Part shown: positions 38,234-48,771 of the stretch, piece after piece
How the letters are laid out: each line of letters begins with the position of its first letter
How positions within the stretch are numbered: position 1 is the first letter of the stretch
NCBI GenBank assembly: GCA_963705255.1
Contig: OY970061.1
Location: 2,432,001-2,496,000 of the forward strand
Direction of reading: 5' to 3'
DNA: 64,000 bases
From: an uncultured Methanoregulaceae archaeon
GTDB taxonomy: Archaea > Halobacteriota > Methanomicrobia > Methanomicrobiales > Methanospirillaceae
Notes under the pieces: generated by a model
Database searches by the model: none
What the model was told of the DNA's origin: nothing
What the model saw: the letters and a program-made list of their open reading frames with translations, nothing else
Translations under genes and position numbers: made by a program

Positions 38234-38357
38234 GAGAAGACCACAAGTCTTCGAAATATCGAAAGTCGTTCAGACTTGAGACACGAGAAGACTGCAGGTC
38301 TTCGAAATATCGAAAGTCGTTCAGACTTGAGACACGAGAAGACTGCAGGTCTTCGAA
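38234..38357 (+). repeat. Tandem repeat, 51-bp unit x ~2.4
   Basis: Units start at 38234, 38285 and 38336; each holds a GAAGAC/GTCTTC hairpin. Confidence 0.9.
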
Positions 38358-38370
38358 TGGAGGCGCGATA

Positions 38371-38535
38371 ATGGACACAGAGATTATCGCCATCATCCTC
38401 GGGGCCCTGCTCCCGCTCTATCCCCTGCTGTTCGCCATCTACCAGAAGACCGGCAGGTATGACGAGATCGTCGAGGAGTTCAAAAGGCTCCGGGACGAGC
38501 ACGAGCATTACCGGGAGGCGCACCATGGAAGCTGA
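38371..38535 (+). CDS. 54-aa single-TM protein with charged tail
   Basis: Manual translation MDTEIIAIILGALLPLYPLLFAIYQKTGRYDEIVEEFKRLRDEHEHYREAHHGS; GGAGG RBS. Confidence 0.7.
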   Translation: MDTEIIAIILGALLPLYPLLFAIYQKTGRYDEIVEEFKRLRDEHEHYREAHHGS

Positions 38536-38986
38536 GACCGTACCGGTCGCGACCGTGACCGGCCTCTACCGGGGAACATTCAGCGGCCTCGAACCGCTCA
38601 CGAAGGACACCCCCCTCACGCTCGACGAGGTCCGGACAAAGCCGATCTTCTACGAGCTGGAACTGCACCCGGAGCAGGAGAAGGAGAACCTGATCATCGA
38701 CGTGATCTACGACAACATGTCGCCGCTGCGGCTGCAGGACCTGATGCGGGGGACGGACCTCCCGCGGGGCGTCCGCTTCTGGACGGACTGGTTCGAGGTC
38801 CCGCCCTACCGGGAGATGCACGATGTGGACGGCCGCAGGGTCTACCCCCGCTCGCCGGGGATCCACACGGTCCTGATCCGGACCGCGAAGCGGAAACTGG
38901 GAAATGTCCGGGATTTCAGCCCGGCAAACGGCGGCTCCACGAGCCCGGTATTTGAGTTGTCGATAGTCGCCAGACTTGAGACATGA
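38525..38986 (+). CDS. Hypothetical protein (153 aa)
   Basis: GGAGG RBS; overlaps the upstream gene; GC3 bias. Confidence 0.7.
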   Translation: MEAETVPVATVTGLYRGTFSGLEPLTKDTPLTLDEVRTKPIFYELELHPEQEKENLIIDVIYDNMSPLRLQDLMRGTDLPRGVRFWTDWFEVPPYREMHDVDGRRVYPRSPGIHTVLIRTAKRKLGNVRDFSPANGGSTSPVFELSIVARLET

Positions 38987-39201
38987 GAAGAATGCATCAG
39001 CATTCTTCGAATTTGCCATCGCGGCGGACGTGAAGTAAGAACACGGTGCAGGCCCGGGCCGCCGCGTGCGGTACCGGGCGCCTGCCCTCAGTGCAGGGTC
39101 TTCGGAAGTTGAATAAACAGCGATACCGGAAAAATTCCCGTTACAAAAGAATTATCGCCCCTCGGCAGCACAGTACACTACCATATCACGGATGTGCTCT
39201 C

Positions 39202-39333
39202 ATGCTCGTCAAGTTTGAAATTTATTCTGATGGCAAATACTGGTGCGGGCGGGGCATCGGTGTCGATATCTTCACCCAGGGGAAGATTCTCGATGAGCTG
39301 AGCTGATGGCAAATATCCGTGAAGCCATTGACC
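39202..39333 (+). pseudogene. HicB-like antitoxin remnant
   Basis: MLVKFEIYSDGKYWCGRGIGVDIFTQGKILDEL, then a GAGCT duplication shifts off ...MANIREAID. Confidence 0.6.
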
Positions 39334-39584
39334 CGGGGTTGCGGGGAGATGAAGATACCTGAACATCACCTGAGAGACCGGAACCGTGACATTCCCGGGG
39401 AAACAGGATTGCCCCCTCCCAATAATTTCCGAGGCTTTACATAAAGTGAAGTATATATCAACTCCCTTCACACATACTCGCGATGGGAAATAGCCGGCGT
39501 GCCCTTCCGCTTTTGCCCCCGGGTAAACGACCGGAGGAGCAGGATTCATCGCAGGTATCATTCAACTACCCACAATAGTCCGGC

Positions 39585-39944
39585 TCATCTTGGCAGCCCG
39601 GCCCGGGTCGTGGAGTCCGCGAGAAGGTGCGCCGAGTATCCAAGGAAAAAGCAGGAGGCGCTGAAGACGAGCAGGAAATGGGGCATACCAGGGTAGAGCA
39701 ACGCAGGAATCGCCGTGAGCACGAAGATCACGGCAACGGATTTCAGCGCCCGCCGGCTGTGAAAGATGCCCCGGTGCTGTGCGCTGGTCGGTGGCTCCAG
39801 GATATCGGGGAAAAGGGAGCCGGTGGCAACAGCAATAATCCCGAATACAAACAGTTCTGTTGATGTGCCGTGAAAGGAACCGATAACGTGTACGTATGCC
39901 AGAAACAGTACCACGCCGATTACGAAGTGCGCCTGCCGGTTCAT
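39585..39944 (-). CDS. Membrane-bound metal-dependent hydrolase (YdjM-like)
   Basis: N-terminal H, FPDI, HRGIFHS, HLLADS.T..G. Confidence 0.8.
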   Translation of the reverse strand: MNRQAHFVIGVVLFLAYVHVIGSFHGTSTELFVFGIIAVATGSLFPDILEPPTSAQHRGIFHSRRALKSVAVIFVLTAIPALLYPGMPHFLLVFSASCFFLGYSAHLLADSTTRAGLPR

Positions 39945-40055
39945 GATCCATGTGCAGTTTACGTGGGCCGGTATTAATACCCGGGAGCGGGGCGGGTGAA
40001 AGTATTGGACTCACCGCCGGGATGAAGCTGGATTCCCGTTATCAGGGTCTTCACT

Positions 40056-40409
40056 TCACGCACCAGCAACGAGGCGGTTCATGATGAGGAGCGCCCCGAT
40101 CCAGATCCCGTACGCCCCTCCGAGGCTCGCAAAGAGACTGAAGCGGTACATCAGGAACCAGAATGCCAGCAGGAACAGGAGAGTGGGGATCGCGAACCAG
40201 AATGCCGAAATGACCAGCTGCTGGGTCGTCTCCCGCCCTGCCTCGGAGTAGGTGAAGAGGAATGCGAGGGTCGTGATGATGGGCGCTGCTGCAAGCATGC
40301 CGCCGTATCTGGGATCTGCATGCTCGGCAAGGAGGGTAACCCCGACTATGACGCTTCCGCCGACAACAAATTTCAGGAGCGCAGAGAGATAGTCCATCTC
40401 TTGGATCAT
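40056..40409 (-). CDS. DUF3147/GlpM-like membrane protein
   Basis: KFVVGG.......LAE...PRYGGMLAAAP; four TM segments. Confidence 0.65.
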   Translation of the reverse strand: MIQEMDYLSALLKFVVGGSVIVGVTLLAEHADPRYGGMLAAAPIITTLAFLFTYSEAGRETTQQLVISAFWFAIPTLLFLLAFWFLMYRFSLFASLGGAYGIWIGALLIMNRLVAGA

Positions 40410-40656
40410 TTCCCCGTGAGGGTTAAATAGCCGGTCATTCAGAACGGCTGCCCGGGCAGTTCTACGTCAGTTATTTCCGCAGAGCGGCCCGGAGCACCGG
40501 GCAGATCCCGTACCGGAACCCGGGTCGGATAGGACCGCCGGGTCGTTCGCTGTGATGGACCGGGCCACCTTACTGGAACCGGCTTTGCCGACAGCAGCGC
40601 CCCATGGGCCTGGCCCGCGTCCAGTTTCCGGAAAAGCCCTTCCTTTCCTGCAGATC

Positions 40657-41154
40657 TCAGATCTCAACGATCTCGGCAGATCTCTTCGTGGTATCGACCA
40701 GCGCGACCGTACTCCTGCCAGTCAGGTGCCCGTACACCTCCCCGGGGTTGACAATCAGCAGGGAGACCTGTTCCCTGACCTCCGGGCGGTGGGTGTGGCC
40801 GTACACGAGCAGATCAAGGGAGGTGCACCCCTCAAGCGTCTCCAGTAGCTCCCGGTCATTGCCGTGCACGAGCGCGATCCTCATCCCGCCTGCATCGATC
40901 CGGGCGAACGTCCCCGCTATCCTCAGGTGCGGGTATGCGGAGGATTTCTTCTCCAGCAGGGAGCGGTCGCCGTCGTTGTTGCCGAACACGGCAGTAATGG
41001 GGGCCGACAGTTCTTTCAGGGTGTCGAGCATGAACGGGGAGACGAGGTCCCCCGCGTGCAGCACGTGCTCCACGCCCTCTCGGTTGAAGCGCGATACGGC
41101 TTTTTTCGTCTGCACAATATCATCGTGGGTATCGGACATGACTCCAATAAGCAT
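40657..41154 (-). CDS. Metallophosphoesterase (YfcE/MJ0936 family)
   Basis: SDTHD, HAGD, GNND, HG, GHTH, NPGE. Confidence 0.9.
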   Translation of the reverse strand: MLIGVMSDTHDDIVQTKKAVSRFNREGVEHVLHAGDLVSPFMLDTLKELSAPITAVFGNNDGDRSLLEKKSSAYPHLRIAGTFARIDAGGMRIALVHGNDRELLETLEGCTSLDLLVYGHTHRPEVREQVSLLIVNPGEVYGHLTGRSTVALVDTTKRSAEIVEI

Positions 41155-41268
41155 ACCGTCCACCACGGTTCCTTCGTCCTTCGGCCTGATAATCATTTCC
41201 GCAAACGGCGTCTTCCTGCCGGCGAAACGCTCATATCCTCCCATACGGAATCTCCTCCCGGTGATCGC

Positions 41269-41616
41269 ATGAAGACGGGATTTGGATGGATAGAGAGCGG
41301 GGGCACCCGGTACGAGCATGACATAGTCATCCATACCGACGGCTCGGTCTCAAAGCGCAGGAAGAAACTTTCGAAACCCCATAAAGGGGAATACGGGCAC
41401 ACGCCGCTCTCGGCCGGAGAACTGGAATTCCTGGAAAAGGAACGCCCCGAGGCAGTCTATATCGGCACCGGCCAGTACGGCGACCTCCCGCTGACCCCGG
41501 ACGCTGTCACGCTGCTCGAAGCCTACGCACCGGTTGTCAGGCCGACCCCGGAGATACTCCGCCTGCTAGAAGAGGAACAGCGGAAGTATGCCGCCGTGCT
41601 GCACGTGACCTGCTGA
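41269..41616 (+). CDS. Mth938-like domain protein
   Basis: FGWI...G..YEHDIVI, IGTGQYG, terminal LHVTC. Confidence 0.8.
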   Translation: MKTGFGWIESGGTRYEHDIVIHTDGSVSKRRKKLSKPHKGEYGHTPLSAGELEFLEKERPEAVYIGTGQYGDLPLTPDAVTLLEAYAPVVRPTPEILRLLEEEQRKYAAVLHVTC

Positions 41617-41699
41617 GATGGGACTATCCGAATATCCTAATAGTCCCCGCACCCGATTGATGATGAGAGGATCCTGTTCGTGCAGGACAGCATGTCAGC

Positions 41700-42539
41700 A
41701 TGGTGAAAGTCGGAGTCCATGTCTCGATTGCCGGGTCGCTCGACCTCGCGGTAGACCGGGCACAGGATGCAGGGTGCGACGTCTTCCAGATGTTCTCCCG
41801 CAACCCGCGGGGGTGGGGGTACCAGCCGCTTGCCGACGAGGTATGCGATGAGTTCAGGACAAAGATCCGGACGACCGGCATCGTCCCGGTCGACCATATG
41901 CCCTACCTCCCCAACCTTGCATCCCCCAAGGAGGACATCTGGGAAAAATCGGTGGCCGCCCTCACCGCTGAGCTCGGCCGTTGCGGCAGGCTGGGCATCC
42001 CCTACCTGGTGACACACCTCGGCCACCACCTGGGGGACGGTATGACCGGGGGGAGGGCGCGGGTTATCAGGGCTATCAATACCGCTCTGGGGGTATCGAA
42101 TGATGATGTCATGCTCCTCCTCGAGAATACTCCCGGCGAGAAGAACAGCGTGGGCAGCAGTTTCGAACACATCCGCGGGATCATGGATGGCATTCAAAAA
42201 AAAGGCAGGCTCGGGATATGTTTCGATACCTGTCACGCGTTCGGGGCGGGGTACGAGCTCAGGACAGAAGAGGGGCTCCGGGAGACGCTTGCCCGGTTCG
42301 ACGAACAGGTGGGACTGAAAAATCTCCGGGTTGTCCACCTCAATGACAGCAAGGGCGACCGCGGGAGCGGGCTCGACCGTCACGAACACATCGGCATGGG
42401 GTTCATCGGTGAGGACGGGTTCCGGCGCATCCTGCATAACCCGGTCTTTTCTTCGCTCCCGCTGGTCTGCGAGACTCCCGTGGACGAGCGGCGGGACGAC
42501 CGCGGCAACATTGCGAAGGTCCGGGAACTCGCGCAGTAA
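41700..42539 (+). CDS. nfo: Endonuclease IV (AP endonuclease)
   Basis: GVHVSIAG, HMPYLPNLAS, CFDTCHAF, HLNDSK...DRHEHIG. Confidence 0.95.
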   Translation: MVKVGVHVSIAGSLDLAVDRAQDAGCDVFQMFSRNPRGWGYQPLADEVCDEFRTKIRTTGIVPVDHMPYLPNLASPKEDIWEKSVAALTAELGRCGRLGIPYLVTHLGHHLGDGMTGGRARVIRAINTALGVSNDDVMLLLENTPGEKNSVGSSFEHIRGIMDGIQKKGRLGICFDTCHAFGAGYELRTEEGLRETLARFDEQVGLKNLRVVHLNDSKGDRGSGLDRHEHIGMGFIGEDGFRRILHNPVFSSLPLVCETPVDERRDDRGNIAKVRELAQ

Positions 42540-42542
42540 CGG

Positions 42543-42746
42543 TCAGTACCTGCGGAGCGTTTCCCCGGTGTGCACGTCCGCAGCCTGCTCATAGTATTCC
42601 GGGAGCAGTGCCCGCTCCTCGACGACGCCGACCGCCTCTTCGATCTTCCTGGTAAGGTCGATGCAGTCTTCCCCGTGGCCTCCCCTGACAGCAACCCGGA
42701 CCCTTCCTTCCCGGTCAATCGTGATATCCAGTTCTTTCATATCCAT
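42543..42746 (-). CDS. DUF2997-family protein
   Basis: I.I..EG.V.V.V.G..G..C..LT..IEEA.G.V......EYY. Confidence 0.8.
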   Translation of the reverse strand: MDMKELDITIDREGRVRVAVRGGHGEDCIDLTRKIEEAVGVVEERALLPEYYEQAADVHTGETLRRY

Positions 42747-42765
42747 GAATTCTTCTCCTGTTCCT

Positions 42766-44400
42766 TCATGTCAGCCGGTACACCGGCTCATTCGTCTTTA
42801 CCATCGTTCCCGTCATGAGGTCCCGTGCGGTGACGCAGAGGTTCCGGTCGGCATCGAGGGTGAACGTGCATTCAAACCGTGGCTCTCCCTTCTTCGCGGG
42901 CGGTGCCGCCTCAAGGAGCGTCAGGTCTTTCCCGTTCACCGGGACCGGTTCCCGGCTGTCACCCGGTTCAGGAGCGGGCCCGGCAAGCCTCATTCGCCCG
43001 CCCGTATCGGAGACCAGTTCGATGCCTGCCGAATGGTCATCCGGGGACCCACTGCTCTCGCAGAGCGGGATGCCAAGGTACGCCTGCCCGTCGTACGCCG
43101 CGCTGATGACGATGCGGGCGACCTGTCCGGCGCTGGGATACCGGGTCCCGCTGCGCACGAGGAAGCGGTACCGGTGCTCCCGGCTCTCCGGGTCCCAGTA
43201 GCGGAGCGTGTAATCGTTCCGGATCCGGTCCTTGGCCCGGACGGGAGAGCGGTAGAGTGCTGCGCCGTGTGCCACGGCATCGAGCGGGCGATCGCAGTGG
43301 ACCGGAATGGACGGGAACCGGCGTTTCACTATCTCCTGCACGGGCGGCATGGCGCACCCCTCACCGCTCATGACCACGGCGACAACCGGCATCTCCTCAT
43401 GCCCGCTTGTGCGAAGGGACGAACTGATGCGCCCGAATACCCGGTCCACGGCTGCCGCCAGCCCCTGGTCATAAAGGATGCGCCGGAGATCAGCCTGCCC
43501 CATCCGGGCGCGGAAGGCAGACCCGGATACCGGGTCGGTAAGGTCAAGTTGAACCTCATCCATAACCGGAAGAAGCTCCCGTACCCGTTTTGCTTCCCGG
43601 AGAAGGTCGGGGTACAGCCGGACTGCCCGGGGGTCGGTCTCTGCCAGCCGCTGGTGCCGGAGCAGGTCACGCACTATCCAGCCGTCGACAGCAGCACACC
43701 CGGCAGGCTCCCCGGAATATGCGAGGGTGCGCACGCCCCCATGTTCCACCCCGGTACCCTCGTGAGCGGGGGTGACGGCTGCACCTGCAAGGTCCGTCCC
43801 GTCCATCCGGACCACCATGACGACCTCCCCGTCGTCTGCGGATACCCCGTACGCGGTGATCGCAGCCTGGTATTCGCCGACAAATGAGCATGAGCCGAAT
43901 CCTGCCATCCGGGCGACCCGGCCAAGCCACTCCGGATAATCCACAGGAGCATCGGGAGGAAGGGAAAAAACAATTCCGGTTTCCCCATCCCGGTCCCTGG
44001 CAGCATGCGCACCCAACAGGACCCGGGAGAGAAAATCGGTTGCGGCTTCGCTATACCCGGTCCTGCGGACCCCTCCCGCCGGGATACGGACCGTGCTCTT
44101 CTCGCACAGGTATTTCCTCATCCACCGGGCCGTGGCAGGATGATTTTCGCACCGCTGCCGGACGACTTCTTCTCCGGCAAGGACCTGCCCGTCATCCTTG
44201 TAGTGGACCAGCGACGGCACATAAAAGAGCCCCTCAACACCCCTCCCTGCAGGAAATTCTGTGGACAGACCATTGAACCCGAGGGTGCGGGCCTGGCCGG
44301 ATTCCGCCATGAGAGCAAGGACCGTGCTGCTCACCCCGAAGTCCACCCCGAGCCGCATTCTTTCGTGTGTCTGATTTCCTGACCGGTCCATCGTCTTCAC
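42766..44400 (-). CDS. Divergent Hsp70/DnaK-like protein
   Basis: LGVDFG.S, VPSLV.Y, LREAKRVRE.L, P.DAVA.GAA, F.LDAD..L.VTA.D..TG. Confidence 0.8.
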   Translation of the reverse strand: MKTMDRSGNQTHERMRLGVDFGVSSTVLALMAESGQARTLGFNGLSTEFPAGRGVEGLFYVPSLVHYKDDGQVLAGEEVVRQRCENHPATARWMRKYLCEKSTVRIPAGGVRRTGYSEAATDFLSRVLLGAHAARDRDGETGIVFSLPPDAPVDYPEWLGRVARMAGFGSCSFVGEYQAAITAYGVSADDGEVVMVVRMDGTDLAGAAVTPAHEGTGVEHGGVRTLAYSGEPAGCAAVDGWIVRDLLRHQRLAETDPRAVRLYPDLLREAKRVRELLPVMDEVQLDLTDPVSGSAFRARMGQADLRRILYDQGLAAAVDRVFGRISSSLRTSGHEEMPVVAVVMSGEGCAMPPVQEIVKRRFPSIPVHCDRPLDAVAHGAALYRSPVRAKDRIRNDYTLRYWDPESREHRYRFLVRSGTRYPSAGQVARIVISAAYDGQAYLGIPLCESSGSPDDHSAGIELVSDTGGRMRLAGPAPEPGDSREPVPVNGKDLTLLEAAPPAKKGEPRFECTFTLDADRNLCVTARDLMTGTMVKTNEPVYRLT

Positions 44401-47205
44401 CCGCAGATCTGGATATCGTACGCCCCGGGGACCTGCCGGCAGTCGCAGAGTTCGATCTCGGACCGGAAGCGGTACCAGAGCATCCGGTCAAGGAACATCC
44501 AGGAGCCTGCATCGCTCTTTCGTCCGGCCGCCGCTGCCTGTTGCCGGACCGCCGGGATATCCTCAAGAGTCGTCTCGGACAGGGGCCTTGTCCAGGGAAG
44601 CGTCCAGGACCGTACCATCCCGTCAAGCCCGCCGGTTGTCAGCTCCGTCCCGCCCGCGGTCAGCACAATCCCGCTGATGGCTGCGGAATGGGCGGGGACC
44701 GTCCGGATGAGCCGGTTTTCCTGAAGGGAAATGAACGCGAGGGTTCCGGTGTCATAGCCCGCGGCGAGGACCAGCCCGCCCGGAGTAAATAAAAGCGCCG
44801 TCACTTTTCCGGGAAGGGCATTCAGTATTCCGTCAGGAGTGCCATCCGGTAGCCGGTAGAGACGGACGACCGTATCGGCACCAGCCGCAGCAAGCAGAGA
44901 GTCTGTCAGGGCTGATGGCAAGGGCGCTCACCTCGCTGCGGGAGTCCCTGACGACCGCGTACGGCACCTGCTCGTTCGTTCTCCAGAGCCCGACCGTGGT
45001 GTCATTGCTCCCGGTCGCGAACAGCCGGCCGTCCCGCGAGAGCGCCATGCAGGTGACGATACTCGCATGTCCACGGCGGGTCCTGACCTGACGGCAGTCC
45101 GTAACGCTCCACGTCCTGATCTTCCCGTCCCAACCCCCTGAAATGAGCTCGGACCCGTCTGGCATCCATGAAAGGCAGCGCAGGGTTGTGGAGAGCCTGT
45201 CTGCACCCGCCACGAGGCTGCCGCCGTCCAGGTCCCAGATGCGCAGGGTGGCATCGGTGCCCGCACAGGCAAGGTGGGTACCCCCGGGGCTGACCGCCAC
45301 TGCCCGGATCCCGGGGGTGTACATATCGACCACCCGGGCAGGGTTCAGCTCCCCGTCCGGGTAAACCCGGGCAAAACCGTCTGACATTGCCGCGATGACC
45401 GCAGGACGGTCTGGGGAAGCGGCAAGCGATACGACATCGCCGGCATGGTGTTCGAGTGTCCGCCGGATCTCTCCCGAAGGGAGATGCCAGACTTTGACGG
45501 TCCCGTCCCAGCTCGCAGTCGCAAAACTCGTACCGTCAGGAGAGATTGTACAGCAGGTGACTGCTTTTTTGTGTCCTTTGAACTCCTTCATCAAGGCGGA
45601 GGCGGGCATAGTGTATAGGCGGATGGTGCCGCTCGAATAACCGGTTGCAAGGAGGTTGCCATCCGGGGCCGGGGCACAGCAGGTGATGTGGCGGCTGTAG
45701 AACGGCACCGTAGCAACCGGCACTTTCCCGGACCAGTTCCAGCAGCGGAGGGTATGGTCGCTGCAGCCGGCCGCACACCACGGGCCAGCAGGAGAGACCG
45801 CACTGCACACGACGCTACCGCACTGCCCGGAAAATACCCTCACCTTCGTTCCGGATACCGTGTCCCACAGCGACGGTGGGGCACGATCGTACAGAACCAA
45901 GACCCGGCTGCTGTCATCACTGAAGGTGATTGACCTGACAGCATCACCGGCACCGTTCAGCACGGACAGGCAGGTGCGTGCAGGAAGGTCGAGAAGGGAT
46001 ACGGTGCCATCGGTATGGCCGGCTGCAAGCCTGATTCCGTCCGGGGAAAAGGCGAGACAGGCGATCGGGGACGGGTGGGCCGGGATCGTGCCGGCCATCT
46101 TCCCGCCATCCACGAAGAGAACGTTTACGATCCCTCGGGTATCTCCGGTGATGACCGTCAACCCGTCCCCGGAGAGAACCGCTGCCCCGGCTTCACCGCT
46201 CCCGTTACCGGGCCATGACCAGGTGCGGCGCCCTGCCTGCAGTTCGTGGCAGTGGAGTGCGCCGTCGTCGCTGCCGAAGATTATGCGGGTGTTGTCCGGT
46301 GGTATGGCAAGGAACCGGGCAGACCCGGTACCCGTGCTGATGGTTACCCGGTTTCGTGCAGTGCTGATCTGCCAGACCGAGATGATCCCGTCGCAGCTGC
46401 CGGTGGCGAGCAGCGTGCTGTCCGGGGAGAAGGCCAGGCGCACGACCCTGCTTGCCGGGCGTCCGATACTGCGGGTCAGCAGCCCTGCTGCAGGTACAGG
46501 ATAACTCCACTCACTGGGGAGGACTGCCAGAATGTCTGAAAAGACATTCCCGGCGTCCCCGGGGGGTGTCCATCCGGAAGATTTGATCGCGGCGATGGCA
46601 GTGATTGTCAGTTTCGGGGGTGCAAACGGGGCGAGCTGCCAGAGGTCCGCCCACCGTCTGTCCTGGATGAGCCCGCTCACGACGACCTCCCACTCGACAG
46701 GTGACCATCCCCCGGCAGACCTGGTGACCGGGTCCCCGACAAGTGCGGCGGCAAGAAGGTTGCACGTCCTGCTATCACGTGCGCGGCGCAGGGCATTCCT
46801 CCGGGCCGCAGGGTCTGCCCGGGCATACCCTCCAGCCAGCAGCGGGCAACCGGCAGCCGTGTCTGTCCCGGACAAGCGCTCCTTCTGCCCGGTCACAAAA
46901 GAGAAGAGTGCCTGATCGGCAGGATCGTGGGGGGTGTACCCGCGTACTATTACGAGGTTCACCAGCTCAGGAATGCCATTCCTGAGAACTTCGCGGCAGA
47001 TCAGGTCTTCCTGTTCCCGGGACACGAGAGAACCGAGGCCGTCGATGACAGCGGCGCGGAGGTCCGGCGAGTCCGTTGCGGTGAATAACGATAAAAGTTC
47101 CTTCACTGCCAGGATATCTCCCCTTTTTACTGCATTTGTATACTTCCTGGCTGCCCGGCTGCAGAGCCAGGAGTTGATGAGAGGGACGCGGCAGGGACCG
47201 TCCAT
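44397..47205 (-). CDS. Large WD40-repeat protein with a helical N-terminus; frameshift near 44905
   Basis: Many AFSPDG..LA.G..DG.V..W repeats; the repeats continue in ORF 44397-44921. Confidence 0.85.
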
Positions 47206-47210
47206 GGTGT

Positions 47211-48770
47211 TCAGGTGTGGACCGGGTCGAAGGTCTCGAGGGCAATCGACCGTCCTGCGTCTGCGCAGGACCGGGCCGGCCGGGAGGCGGAGACCGCCCG
47301 GCCCTCTGCGAGGTACTCACGCAGTGCGGCCACCGTCTCGCGCTGTGAGATCGAGAGCGGCACCTGCTTTTTCAGGCACCCGAGGATGTCTTCGGTAGTG
47401 ACCCGTCGCAATCCCTCGTTGAACGCGAGGTACATGGCATCGATGACGGTCTGCTCAATCTCGGCGCCAACGCACCCCTCGCCCTCTTTTGCAAGAAGGT
47501 CGAGGTCGTATTCTGCGGGGAGGCACTTGCGTTTCCGCAAATGGACCGAGAAGATCTCCCGCCGTTCCTCGACCGTGGGCAGGTCGAGGAAGAAGATCTC
47601 GTCGAACCGTCCTTTCCGCAGCAGTTCCGGGGGAAGGGCCGCGATGTTGTTTGCCGTCGCCACCACAAAACAGGGGGAGGTCTTGTCTTGCATCCAGGTC
47701 AGCAGGTGGGCAAACACGCGCTGGCTGGTGCCCGCGTCCCCGCTTCCGAACGCAAACGCCTTCTCTATCTCGTCCACCCAGAGGATGCAGGGGGCGATGG
47801 TCTCGGCAAGGGACAGGGCCCGCCGGGTGCGCTCTTCTGATTCTCCGACAAGGCTGCCGAAGAGGGCCCCCACGTCAAGCCTCAGGAGCGGGAGGTGCCA
47901 GAGGTCGGCGATCATCTTTGCGGTCAGGCTCTTCCCGGTGCCGGGAATACCGATGAGGGCGATCCCCTTGGGGGCAGGCAGGCCGTACTCCCGTGCTTCT
48001 TCCGTGAAGGCCCGTTCCCGGAGGCGGAGCCATTCCTTAAGTACCGAAAGGCCCCCGACATTCTCCGGGATCTCAGTCAGGCTGTAGAACTCCAGGGCAT
48101 CCGAACGGCTCAGGACATCTTTCTTGTCAGCTATGACCGCGTCGATGTCCCGGTCGTCGAGAGTGCCGTGCGTGACGATCGCTTTTGAGAACGAGCGGCG
48201 CGCCTGGTTGAGGGTCATGCCGAGTGCGGCCTGGATGATCTTCTCCCGCCCGCCCTTCGAGAGCGAACTTGCAATCCCGCTCGTGACAAGGAGCATGTCC
48301 AGCTCGTTCCCGAGCTCGGCAGCAGCGGGCGGCGGGAAATGGATGACCACTGCATCGTCCCGGATCTCGTCGGGTATTTTATGGACCGGCGTGATGATCA
48401 CGATGGTCCGCCGGTTGTACCGGAACTTCTGGGAGAGGTTGCGGACCCTGCGCTTCACCTGCGGGTTGTTCCAGAACTCGTGGAAGTCCTTGAGTATGAT
48501 CACCGCGTTCTCGTCGGTCTTGGTGATGTCCTCCAGTGCCGCTAGGGGGTCGCGGGACTGGGTGAGGAAATTCCTGTTGCCCGAAATGACCGCAAAGCCG
48601 TCGGCGCTGTCCCAGGTGATGCACTGCCGCGCGGGTTCCCATGTGTCGCAGACCTCCCGGATGCGCGAGACGACCCGCTCTTCCTCCGGGCTCATGACCA
48701 CCACGAGCGTGACCCGTGCCCGGAGCGAGACGTTCAGCCGCTGGGAAAAGTCCGGTTCGGGCTGCTGCAT
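47211..48770 (-). CDS. Ycf46-like AAA+ ATPase
   Basis: EEER, LKDFH, VGGL..LKEWL, GIPGTGKS, WVDEIEK, LPPELLRKGRFDEIFF. Confidence 0.9.
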   Translation of the reverse strand: MQQPEPDFSQRLNVSLRARVTLVVVMSPEEERVVSRIREVCDTWEPARQCITWDSADGFAVISGNRNFLTQSRDPLAALEDITKTDENAVIILKDFHEFWNNPQVKRRVRNLSQKFRYNRRTIVIITPVHKIPDEIRDDAVVIHFPPPAAAELGNELDMLLVTSGIASSLSKGGREKIIQAALGMTLNQARRSFSKAIVTHGTLDDRDIDAVIADKKDVLSRSDALEFYSLTEIPENVGGLSVLKEWLRLRERAFTEEAREYGLPAPKGIALIGIPGTGKSLTAKMIADLWHLPLLRLDVGALFGSLVGESEERTRRALSLAETIAPCILWVDEIEKAFAFGSGDAGTSQRVFAHLLTWMQDKTSPCFVVATANNIAALPPELLRKGRFDEIFFLDLPTVEERREIFSVHLRKRKCLPAEYDLDLLAKEGEGCVGAEIEQTVIDAMYLAFNEGLRRVTTEDILGCLKKQVPLSISQRETVAALREYLAEGRAVSASRPARSCADAGRSIALETFDPVHT

Positions 48771-48771
48771 C

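Larger units (their letters stand above)
37022..39011. repeat. Cluster of REP-like hairpins closed by GAAGA/TCTTC
   Basis: At least 10 intergenic hairpins, e.g. GAAGAATGAC-GAA-GTCATTCTTC, GAAGAAATGT-TTC-ACATTTCTTC, GAAGAATGC-ATCA-GCATTCTTC. Confidence 0.75.

Noticed and set aside
38234-38357. Possible CRISPR array or coding repeat (ORF 37691-38371)
   Set aside because: No unique spacers; the ORF crosses hairpin-rich intergenic DNA and overlaps a better gene.
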